From assembly GCA_963666285.1 (NCBI GenBank), contig OY762711.1: a stretch of 64,000 bases of DNA. One strand, given 5' to 3'. Within the stretch, counting starts at the first letter, position 1. Every line of letters starts with the position of its first letter. Below the pieces are notes generated by a model. It made no database searches and had not been told where the DNA came from. It saw only the letters and a list, made by a program, of their open reading frames with translations. The stretch is from Sedimentisphaerales bacterium (GTDB taxonomy: Bacteria; Planctomycetota; Phycisphaerae; Sedimentisphaerales; SM23-30). Of this stretch, positions 46,365 to 55,185 are shown in pieces. A program made the translations under genes and the position numbers.

Positions 46365-47300
46365 ATGGAACGTTTACAAAAAGTAATGGCTGATGCCGGA
46401 ATTGCTTCACGAAGGCACTGTGAAGAAATTATTTTAGAAGGCAGAGTTATGGTCAACGGCAAAGTGGTAACAGATTTGCCCTTTATGGTTGACAAAACAA
46501 AAGATAGAATAGTAGTGGATGAACGTAGAATTCGGTTTGATCATAAAGTTTACTATTTACTTAATAAGCCTACTAAAGTTATTTGCACAAACTATGACCC
46601 TTCTAATCGTCGCAGGACTGTCGATTTGCTGCCTGGTGTCAGAGAGCGTGTGTATCCTGTAGGCAGACTGGACGCCGATTCTCAAGGCCTTGTTCTTATG
46701 ACAAATGATGGCGATCTGGCGAACGAATTAACTCATCCCAAATATGGGGTTCCCAAGAAATATATCGTTGAAGTGGCAACTTGCATTGAACCCTCTGATA
46801 TTGAAAAACTTATCAGGGGATTTCATATTTCACATAGCGGCAGAGCTTCAATGGATAAAGTTAAAGTATTAAAAAGAGAGCGAAAATATTCATTATTGGA
46901 GATTACTCTCCGTGAAGGCAGAAATCGTCAGATACGGAAAATGCTGGCCAGACTTGGCCACAAAGTCAGAAAATTAACCAGGGTAAGCTTTGGCCCCTTA
47001 GAACTTAAAGGAGTCGGAGTAGGCAATTATAGGCCTTTATTGCCGGTAGAAGTAACTTCCTTAAAAAAATCTATTGCGAAGTATAAGGCTATGGCAAAAA
47101 CTGACTCTCAAGCTAAACCAAAGCCAAGAACGCGATTAAAGGCATCAGAAGAATCATCCGGCCCAAGGCCCCAGGCTGTTGCCAAAAAAACAATCAAAAA
47201 GAAAGTAAATAAAAAAATAATCAAAGCAAAAGTTAAAAAAGTATCACGTAAACAAACCATAAAAAAAACATCAATAAAACGGGCAAGAAATAAACGCTAA
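46365..47300 (+). CDS. rRNA pseudouridine synthase (RsuA/RluB family) with S4 domain and Lys-rich tail
   Basis: MERLQK..A.AG.ASRR, YPVGRLDADSQGL, EGRNRQIRKM. Confidence 0.94.
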   Translation: MERLQKVMADAGIASRRHCEEIILEGRVMVNGKVVTDLPFMVDKTKDRIVVDERRIRFDHKVYYLLNKPTKVICTNYDPSNRRRTVDLLPGVRERVYPVGRLDADSQGLVLMTNDGDLANELTHPKYGVPKKYIVEVATCIEPSDIEKLIRGFHISHSGRASMDKVKVLKRERKYSLLEITLREGRNRQIRKMLARLGHKVRKLTRVSFGPLELKGVGVGNYRPLLPVEVTSLKKSIAKYKAMAKTDSQAKPKPRTRLKASEESSGPRPQAVAKKTIKKKVNKKIIKAKVKKVSRKQTIKKTSIKRARNKR

Positions 47301-47423
47301 AAGCATATCATAGCCGCTTGCATGTTTTATAATAACAAAGTAAAATAGTTTTAAAATTTTTATTGTTCAGTTTTATGCTTAAAGCATGTAAATAACTTAA
47401 TAGTAAGAGGATATGAACAGCAA

Positions 47424-48350
47424 TTGGAACTGACATTAACACTTGATAATCCTGCTACAAGATTGAAAGTTTTTGGCTCTGCTGACTGTAACTTGCGATT
47501 ACTCAGAGATTTATGCAATGTTAATATTTCAGCACGCCAGGATCGTCTTATGATTTCCGGTCCTAAGGAGGCTGTGCAGGTGGCAGCTGCGCTATTCCAA
47601 AAAATGCAAGAGCATATAGAAATATCGCATTCCATAGACAAAAATGACATCATAATGTTAATGAAAGATGTTGAGTCCGAAGATGCTTCACGACTATCAT
47701 CTAACAGGCTGAATGTTTATATCAGTGGGAAGTATATCGAGGCCAGAACCAAAGGACAGAGAAAATACCTTGATGCTATAGACAAAAATGATATGGTTTT
47801 CTGCAGCGGACCTGCCGGAACCGGTAAAACTTACCTTGCGGTTGCGGTTGCAGTATCAATGCTGAAAAAAGGGCTTATCAGGCGAATAATTTTAGCCAGG
47901 CCTGCAGTTGAAGCAGGTGAGAAACTTGGTTTTCTGCCCGGCGATCTTCAGGCAAAAGTGAATCCGTACTTAAGGCCTTTATTTGATGCTTTAAGCGATA
48001 TGATGGAATACAGCCAGATTAGCCGGTTCATGCAGAATGATGTTATTGAAGTTGTCCCGCTGGCGTTTATGCGAGGCCGAACATTAAATGAAGCTTGTGT
48101 TATTCTGGATGAGGCTCAAAATTCAACGGTCTCACAGATGTTAATGTTTTTGACTAGAATGGGTAATGAATCGAAAATGATTATAACTGGCGATGCCGGA
48201 CAAAGCGATTTGGATGACCAGGAAAAATCTGGTTTATCTGATGCAGTGATTCGCCTTAAATCTATTAAAGGAATTGGTATAGTTAAACTATCTGATACTG
48301 ATATTGTCAGACATAAACTTGTTCAGAGTATAGTAAAAGCTTACCAATAG
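47424..48350 (+). CDS. phoH: PhoH family protein (YbeZ-like)
   Basis: GPAGTGKTYLA, RPAVEAGEKLGFLPGDL, PLAFMRGRTL, LDEAQN. Confidence 0.95.
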   Translation: MELTLTLDNPATRLKVFGSADCNLRLLRDLCNVNISARQDRLMISGPKEAVQVAAALFQKMQEHIEISHSIDKNDIIMLMKDVESEDASRLSSNRLNVYISGKYIEARTKGQRKYLDAIDKNDMVFCSGPAGTGKTYLAVAVAVSMLKKGLIRRIILARPAVEAGEKLGFLPGDLQAKVNPYLRPLFDALSDMMEYSQISRFMQNDVIEVVPLAFMRGRTLNEACVILDEAQNSTVSQMLMFLTRMGNESKMIITGDAGQSDLDDQEKSGLSDAVIRLKSIKGIGIVKLSDTDIVRHKLVQSIVKAYQ

Positions 48351-48362
48351 TAATGACAAATC

Positions 48363-49898
48363 ATGCCACCTAAAAAGAAAATTAAAAGAGTAGATTCAAG
48401 TAAAGTAATAGAAAGCCAGTGGGCAGCTAGAAAAAGAGCATTTATGGAATCTGGAGCACCTTTTTCAATATTGATGCTTCTGGGATTTGTTTTTCTTGTT
48501 CCCTTTGCGATGTCTTTAGGGACAGTTAACGAGTCGAATGAACGAATTTTCTGGTGTTTACCTGCGATTAACTTATTCTTTATTGAATATGTCTTGATGT
48601 TAATTTTAGCTATTGGTTTTTCTCTTTATGTTCTGGCACATGAGCCTGGTTTAATGAAAAACCATTTCAGGGCATTTCAGATATTGATTATCCTTTTTTT
48701 AATGCTTATGCTTCAGAGGGTATTTGTTTACAAAAACTGGTCAGCTTTTCTAATGGTAGTACCGGTTATGCTTACTGGCATAACAATGACCGTAGCGTAT
48801 AACCAGCGATTTGCACTTGGAATCAGTTCATATCTTATTATCATATGTTTGCTTGCTCAGGCTGATTATTTAACGGACTTTCGCAGGGGGCTTGGTGTAC
48901 TTATTGCCGGCGGTTGCGGTGTTGGCGTAACCATATTACTCCTGCGGAAAATTCGTACATTCACCAGGGTAATTGAAGTTTCAGCCCTGGCTTCGGTATT
49001 GATTTTTATTGTTGTGTTTGTTTTTGGGTTGTGGATTTCAAGATCTGAAGATATTAAATCCATATTTATTGACTGTGCTTACGCTTCTATTGGTTCGCTT
49101 GCTAGTGGTTTTCTCATTCAAGGGATTTTGCCTTTAATTGAAAAAATGTTCCATACCTCAACGGATATGAGTTTGCTGGCATATGGTGAAGCAACTCAAC
49201 CTTTATTAAAAAGACTTGCCGTTGAAGCTCCGGGCACTTTTAACCACAGTTGGCAAATAGGCATGCTTTCAGAAGCTGCCGCTGAGGCAATTGGCGGTAA
49301 CGGGCTGCTCTGCAGGGTAGGGTGCTACTATCATGATGTCGGCAAGCTGAATAAGCCTAGATATTTTATTGAAAATCAACAGGATAGTTTTAACCAGCAC
49401 AAAGAGCTGTCTCCTACGATGAGTAGAATGATTATTGTAGGGCATGTAAAAGATGGTATGGAGCTGCTTGAAGAGTACAAAATTCCTATCATCTTACGAC
49501 AGTTTTGCGAAACTCATCATGGCACGACCTTGGTGCAGTATTTTTATCATCAAGCAACCCAGAAAAGCTCTGAGACTGGTGAAATTGTTGAAGAAGCTGA
49601 ATTTAGATATCCCGGACCTAAACCAAGGAGTAAAGAGGCTGCTATTGTGATGCTTGCTGATGTTGTTGAAGGTGCTACTCGTGCAATGAAAGACCCTACA
49701 CCCAGCAGGATAGAGTCACTTGTTCATTCCATGGCGATGAAAAGACTTCAGGATGGCCAGCTGAACGATTGTGATTTGACAATGCGTGAGTTGGCATTAA
49801 TTGAGAATTCCCTGATTAAAAGCTTATGTGCTATGTATCATGGGCGTATTAGTTATCCAAGTGGTGATTCCGGTGAGTCAAAGAACAAACAAGCGTAG
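48363..49898 (+). CDS. 7TM-HD family phosphohydrolase (PgpH-like, lacking the large extracellular domain)
   Basis: TM bundle; EAPGTFNHS, YYHDVGK...P.YFIENQ, HHGT, FRYPGPKP.SKEAAIVMLAD. Confidence 0.92.
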   Translation: MPPKKKIKRVDSSKVIESQWAARKRAFMESGAPFSILMLLGFVFLVPFAMSLGTVNESNERIFWCLPAINLFFIEYVLMLILAIGFSLYVLAHEPGLMKNHFRAFQILIILFLMLMLQRVFVYKNWSAFLMVVPVMLTGITMTVAYNQRFALGISSYLIIICLLAQADYLTDFRRGLGVLIAGGCGVGVTILLLRKIRTFTRVIEVSALASVLIFIVVFVFGLWISRSEDIKSIFIDCAYASIGSLASGFLIQGILPLIEKMFHTSTDMSLLAYGEATQPLLKRLAVEAPGTFNHSWQIGMLSEAAAEAIGGNGLLCRVGCYYHDVGKLNKPRYFIENQQDSFNQHKELSPTMSRMIIVGHVKDGMELLEEYKIPIILRQFCETHHGTTLVQYFYHQATQKSSETGEIVEEAEFRYPGPKPRSKEAAIVMLADVVEGATRAMKDPTPSRIESLVHSMAMKRLQDGQLNDCDLTMRELALIENSLIKSLCAMYHGRISYPSGDSGESKNKQA

Positions 49899-49904
49899 TT
49901 ATTT

Positions 49905-50387
49905 ATGAATGATTTATATATTTCTATCGAAAACTCTATACCTGGAATTATTCCTGGGTTAAACACCGATGAACTGGAAAATGTCTGTTTAACGGTACTT
50001 GCAAGAGAGAAAATCAATTCAGCGGATATAAATATAGTAATTGTAGGTGATACTGAAATCACTGCCTTAAAAAAAGAGTATTTTAATATAGACCAGACAA
50101 CTGACGTTATCAGCTTTAATTTAACAGAAGAGGATTCTGGTACTTCATGCCTTGAGGCTGAAATTATTGTCAATGCTGAAATGGCATTGCGAGAAAGTAA
50201 AATAAGTAATTTTCCACCACAATCAGAGCTGATTTTGTATATTGTACATGGCCTACTGCACCAATTGGGCTACGACGATCAGTCTGAAGAAGATTATTAC
50301 AGGATGCACAACAGGGAAAATGAACTACTGGATGAGCTTGGCTATGGAAAAGTCTTTGGCTGTCCGGAGTGGAATGATAACAATTAA
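49905..50387 (+). CDS. ybeY: rRNA maturation RNase YbeY
   Basis: TDVISF and HGLLHQLGYDD (final His of the usual H3XH5XH motif is Asp here); conserved position after phoH-HD. Confidence 0.9.
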   Translation: MNDLYISIENSIPGIIPGLNTDELENVCLTVLAREKINSADINIVIVGDTEITALKKEYFNIDQTTDVISFNLTEEDSGTSCLEAEIIVNAEMALRESKISNFPPQSELILYIVHGLLHQLGYDDQSEEDYYRMHNRENELLDELGYGKVFGCPEWNDNN

Positions 50388-50402
50388 TTAGGTAAATTAT
50401 AC

Positions 50403-51707
50403 GTGGAAGACATTGGAAGTATAGGCTGGTTAGTAGCAATAATATCGTTAATGATGACTGTGTTTTTTTCTTTTTTGAAAAGATCGCTAATGGATGTTTC
50501 CTGGCCTGAATTAGAGGATGCTTTTGAAGCTAATAAAGAGATTGAAAAGCTTGATTATTTACGAAATAAAATAGACAAATTTATAGTATCAGCTAGTCTG
50601 GTTTCGCTTGTATTTTTGTTACTGTTTTCTATTACAATTGTATTTTGGCAGATATCTGGATATGAAAGCATCTCATTAATAACCTTCAAGACTATTATGA
50701 TTATTATTGCGATCTGCTTTGTATCTTTAAGTGTTTTTTATGTTGCATTGCCGCAAATGCTTGCTTCATGTTGGGGTACCGGAGTTATTGTTTTTAGCCT
50801 GCCGCTGCTGAAATATATTGAGATTATCCTTATGCCATTAATTTTATTATTATTTAGTATAGAATCAATTCTAAATAAAATGGCAGGCATAACAGATGAG
50901 TTTTCACCTGAAAGAATTGAAAAGAAGCAGGAAGAATTGCTCAGTATTGTGGAGGAAGGTGAAAAAGAAGGCTATGTCGACGAAGAACAGCGAGATATGA
51001 TTGAGTCTGTACTGGAATTTCAAGGTACGACAGCCGGAGAAATCATGACTCCGCGAACAGAGATGTCCAGTATTAATTTTGATATTGGTATTGACGAAGT
51101 GGTTTCATTCATACTCGAAGAAGGCCATTCGAGATATCCTGTCTATATTGATAATATAGACAATATTACAGGTATGTTATATTCCAAGGATTTACTTCAA
51201 TACGTAGGCAGTTCGGAAAGGCCAAATAGTATTGAATCAATACTAAGGGAAGCTTTCTTTGTGCCTGAAACAAAATCGTTGCGTGATTTACTGCATGATT
51301 TTAAAGAAAAAAAAGTGCACATTGCTATAGTTCTTGATGAATATGGCGGTACCGCAGGATTGGTAAGTTTTGAAGACATTCTGGAAGAGATTGTTGGTGA
51401 AATTGAAGATGAGCATGAGCATCCCAGATCTGAACCTGTTAAGGTTATTGATGATAAAACTTTCGAAGTTGATGCCCGGACTGAAATTTATGACCTTAAC
51501 GATCAATATAATTTGAAATTACCTGAAGATGAAGATTATGAAACTTTGGGCGGGTTTGCTTTTTCGCAAATGGGACATATCCCAATGGTAGGTGAAACCT
51601 TTTCTTATAACGGGTATTTATTCACTATCATAGATGCAGAAAGAAGAAAAATTATAAGATTAAAGATTGAAATAAATGAACACGAACATGAAAGTCAGGA
51701 GATATAA
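50403..51707 (+). CDS. Hemolysin/CNNM family protein (TM + CBS pair + CorC/HlyC domain)
   Basis: IMTPR, GHSRYPV, FVPETK, AIVLDEYGGTAGLV..EDILEEIVGEIEDE, YETLGG. Confidence 0.93.
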   Translation: MEDIGSIGWLVAIISLMMTVFFSFLKRSLMDVSWPELEDAFEANKEIEKLDYLRNKIDKFIVSASLVSLVFLLLFSITIVFWQISGYESISLITFKTIMIIIAICFVSLSVFYVALPQMLASCWGTGVIVFSLPLLKYIEIILMPLILLLFSIESILNKMAGITDEFSPERIEKKQEELLSIVEEGEKEGYVDEEQRDMIESVLEFQGTTAGEIMTPRTEMSSINFDIGIDEVVSFILEEGHSRYPVYIDNIDNITGMLYSKDLLQYVGSSERPNSIESILREAFFVPETKSLRDLLHDFKEKKVHIAIVLDEYGGTAGLVSFEDILEEIVGEIEDEHEHPRSEPVKVIDDKTFEVDARTEIYDLNDQYNLKLPEDEDYETLGGFAFSQMGHIPMVGETFSYNGYLFTIIDAERRKIIRLKIEINEHEHESQEI

Positions 51708-52697
51708 ATGGCTTCGATAGTAGTAACTGGCGGTGCTGGTTTTATTGGTAGTGCTGTTATATGGGCTCTAAACAACCAGGGTATAACCGATATTATAGTA
51801 ACTGACGAACTCTGGCATGACCAGGAAACTGAGAGATGGAAAAACCTTGCCAGGTTAAAATTCAGTGACTATCTAAATAAGGACATATTTTTAGATGAAT
51901 TAGAAAATGGAAGATATGATGGTAAAATTTCTGGTATAATCCACATGGGGGCATGCAGTTCCACTACTGAACTGAATGCCGGTTACCTGATGGACAATAA
52001 TTATCTGGATACAAAACGGCTGGCAACATGGGCTGTTGAAAATGAATCCAGGTTTGTTTATGCCTCAAGTGCTGCAACTTATGGAGATGGTGAAAAAGGA
52101 TTCTCAGATGATCATGACCAGTTAAATGATTATGTGCCGCTTAATGCTTATGCCTTTTCTAAATGGCAATTTGATTTGCATGCCTTACGTACCGGAATTT
52201 TGGATAAAATTGCGGGGCTTAAATTCTTTAACGTATTTGGTCCTAATGAGTATCATAAGCAGGATATGAAGAGTGTTGTGGATAAAGCTTATCGACAAAT
52301 TAAAGAATCCGGTAAGGTTAAATTGTTCAAGTCTCACCATCCGCACTATGAAGACGGAGGGCAATTGAGAGATTTTGTCTATGTGAAATATGCTGTAGGG
52401 GCCGTATTAGCCCTTTATAATAATCCTTCGGCTAACGGGATTTATAATGTTGGTACGGGGAAAGCCCGCAGCTTTAAGGATCTGGTTTTAGCTGTTTTTG
52501 CGGCTATGGACCGGGAACCAATTATTGACTTCATTGATATGCCGGTTCATTTGAGGGAAAAATACCAGTATTACACTCAAGCTGAAACAGCAAAAATTAA
52601 GGCGGTTTATCCTGACAACGAATGGAATTCTCTGGAAAAATCGGTAGAGGACTATGTTAGGAACTACCTTATGCAGCCCGACGCATATTTGAAATAG
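51708..52697 (+). CDS. rfaD: ADP-L-glycero-D-manno-heptose 6-epimerase
   Basis: VTGGAGFIGS, HMGACSSTTE, YASSAATYG, PLNAYAFSK, FFNVFGPNE.HK..M.S, YQYYTQA. Confidence 0.95.
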   Translation: MASIVVTGGAGFIGSAVIWALNNQGITDIIVTDELWHDQETERWKNLARLKFSDYLNKDIFLDELENGRYDGKISGIIHMGACSSTTELNAGYLMDNNYLDTKRLATWAVENESRFVYASSAATYGDGEKGFSDDHDQLNDYVPLNAYAFSKWQFDLHALRTGILDKIAGLKFFNVFGPNEYHKQDMKSVVDKAYRQIKESGKVKLFKSHHPHYEDGGQLRDFVYVKYAVGAVLALYNNPSANGIYNVGTGKARSFKDLVLAVFAAMDREPIIDFIDMPVHLREKYQYYTQAETAKIKAVYPDNEWNSLEKSVEDYVRNYLMQPDAYLK

Positions 52698-53243
52698 TGT
52701 CAATATGATATATAATGATCTAGCGAAGCAAGGTAAATGGTGAAGCAAATATTACCATATGTTGAGAGAAAGTGGTCAGGAAAAACTGTTAAAAAGTTTA
52801 AGAATTAGTAAAATCAGGTTGAAAAAGAAATCTGGCAGGGACTCTGTAATTAAATTGATAAATTAAGGGCAAAAGCTATGTTATATGCAGCTATATTTGG
52901 GAGGAAGTCATTAAACCTGCCGTCTGATTTTAGAGATGCTCCAGTATAGCATACTTTTTCTTCATTGACATTTCTGCTGTAATTAGTATTTTAGGATTAG
53001 TTTACTTTCGCAGTTTTTAAGTTGCAATAACGAAGTGCCTCTGGTAAATCGCCTAAAAGGGCCTTCCTGCAACGCTTTGAATTAAATGTACTTTCGAAAA
53101 TTAGCTCGGAAACACATTTGAATATATAGTTTTTCATTCACAAGGCCCTGTTCCGGCCTTTGCGTGTAATGTTGAACAGTCAAAAGTGCGATACCGCACT
53201 ATTACAGTATTAATGTTTTTTTTTACGTAAAGGATATAAATAA

Positions 53244-54905
53244 ATGAAAAAGTGTTGTTTGCTGGTTGTGTTATTGGCTTTATTTCTTTTTATTCCATCT
53301 TGTACCGGTATTTCTCCAAAATCAGAGCCTACCCCAAAAATCGTTAACATTATAAATTTCATTCGCCTCTGCGAGCCCAGGGATGAACGCATCACCGAAC
53401 AGGTACTTTACGATACCGTTGTCAAGCAGGTTGAGATAATGCAGAAAAATAACCTGGGCGGCACATTCCTTCTTCAATACGACGCTCTTATGGATTCCCG
53501 TTATCAGCAACTGTTAAAAAGCCTGCCTGCGGATTCATTCGAAATTGGCACATGGTGGGAAATTACCCAGCCTCATGTCGAAAAAGCCGGCATGAAATGG
53601 CGCGGACGTTTCCCTTGGGACTGGCACGCTGATGTCGGTTTTTCTACCGGCTACCTGCCAAAAGAACGCGAGAAACTCGTTGATATTTATATGGCCGATT
53701 TCAAGAAAATCTTCGGTTATTATCCAAAATCTGTCGGTTCATGGTTTATTGACACTCACACCTTGAATTATTTATCTGATAAGTACGGCATAGTAGCTTC
53801 ATGCAATTGCAAGGATCAGGTCGGTACCGATGGCTATACACTATGGGGTGGATACTGGAATCAGGCATACTATCCCAGCAAGTTAAACTCTTATATGCCC
53901 GCCCAACATGCGAAAAATCAGATCCCAGTACCTGTCTTCCGCATGCTCGGCAGCGATCCCGTTCGCCAATACGATACCGGCATCGGCACCAGCTGGCAGG
54001 GCGTTATTACTCTCGAACCGGTGTATGCTAAAGGCGGCGGTGACCAAACCTGGGTAAACTGGTTCTTCAGGGAGTTTGTCAACGGCGAAGCTATGGAATT
54101 TGCCTATGTTCAGGCAGGCCAGGAAAACTCTTTCACCTGGAACAGTATGGCAACAGGCTATGAAATCCAAATTCCTTTGATTGCCAGATTGCGTGATGAA
54201 GGCAAGGTCAGGGTTGAAACTCTTGCAGAGTCTGGCCAATGGTTCAAAAAACATTATAAAACTACACCCGCTACCTCTGTTACCGTTAACCAGGATATGC
54301 CCGGCTGTGACCGAAAGACTGTTTGGTTCAATTCCCGCAATTATCGCACAAATATTATCTGGGAAGATAACACAATGCGTATTCGTGATATTCGCCTGTT
54401 CAACGAAGATATGCCGTCAGATTACCTCACAGAAAGGGTGGATTCAAACGATTGCAAATTTTATACCCTTCCTGTTGTTGACGGGTTCCTTTGGAGCAAC
54501 AATGACAACCTTGCAGGCATTAGGCTCAAAGCCGTTATTGATGGAAAAGAAACTCTAATAAAAGGCGGCGATCCTGTTATTGCAAATCTTGTTCCCGGAA
54601 AGCTGCACATTACCTGGCCGCTTACATCTCCAAAGGGCACATGTGCGATGGTTATTGACGAAAATCTGATTTCCGTCAAAGTTGAATCTTTTGAGACTTT
54701 CGACTGGTTCCTTGAATTTTCCGCGGCAGAAAATAAAGATTTACCTTTCCAGTCTATCGAACCGAACAAGGTTACATGCAGGTTTAATAATTTCGGCTAT
54801 TCACTCAATGTCGAGAAAGGCACTTTCTCAAAAACTGACAGCAAATATGGATTCAGGATTATTCCCAAATCAGATACTCTTATCCTGAAAGGCAAATTGC
54901 AGTAA
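53244..54905 (+). CDS. Hypothetical lipoprotein, possibly carbohydrate-active (glycoside hydrolase/deacetylase-like barrel)
   Basis: Signal peptide with IPSC lipobox-like site; TFLLQYDAL, FKKIFGYYPKSVGSW, Trp-rich; lies next to GH115. Confidence 0.6.
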   Translation: MKKCCLLVVLLALFLFIPSCTGISPKSEPTPKIVNIINFIRLCEPRDERITEQVLYDTVVKQVEIMQKNNLGGTFLLQYDALMDSRYQQLLKSLPADSFEIGTWWEITQPHVEKAGMKWRGRFPWDWHADVGFSTGYLPKEREKLVDIYMADFKKIFGYYPKSVGSWFIDTHTLNYLSDKYGIVASCNCKDQVGTDGYTLWGGYWNQAYYPSKLNSYMPAQHAKNQIPVPVFRMLGSDPVRQYDTGIGTSWQGVITLEPVYAKGGGDQTWVNWFFREFVNGEAMEFAYVQAGQENSFTWNSMATGYEIQIPLIARLRDEGKVRVETLAESGQWFKKHYKTTPATSVTVNQDMPGCDRKTVWFNSRNYRTNIIWEDNTMRIRDIRLFNEDMPSDYLTERVDSNDCKFYTLPVVDGFLWSNNDNLAGIRLKAVIDGKETLIKGGDPVIANLVPGKLHITWPLTSPKGTCAMVIDENLISVKVESFETFDWFLEFSAAENKDLPFQSIEPNKVTCRFNNFGYSLNVEKGTFSKTDSKYGFRIIPKSDTLILKGKLQ

Positions 54906-55086
54906 TCTACTATATATCCGGCAGCACAAAAGTATTCCATATTTAGTACGCAATTTTCTGGTATCCCTCCGATTATTGCTTGCTGGTTATTATTACACAA
55001 TAAATGGTCTCTAAAATACATTGTAGCTGCTATTATTAGAGATTATATTAAAACTTACAAAATTATATTTACTGTACATCATACGT

Positions 55087-55117
55087 AAGCGAGTGAGTAT
55101 TTCTCTCTCGCTTTTTT
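55087..55117 (+). terminator. Probable intrinsic terminator
   Basis: AAGCGAGTGAG/CTCTCTCGCTT stem (1 mismatch) + T run. Confidence 0.55.
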
Positions 55118-55185
55118 CTTCAATAGCCCATAATATAGTGAGTGTTATCATATAAGTAACATTTCAACAACGAACGGAGATATAA

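Noticed and set aside
47090..47300. A-rich low-complexity stretch
   Set aside because: Encodes the Lys-rich tail of the pseudouridine synthase; not a separate element
47424..51707. phoH-HD-ybeY-CBS cluster as a novel system
   Set aside because: Well-known conserved gene neighbourhood
52830..52925. Cobalamin, SAM-I, Moco or c-di-GMP riboswitch suggested by fragments (GGCAGGGACT, GGGCAAAAGC, AAGTC...ACCTGCC)
   Set aside because: Only isolated words match; the conserved cores and their order are absent
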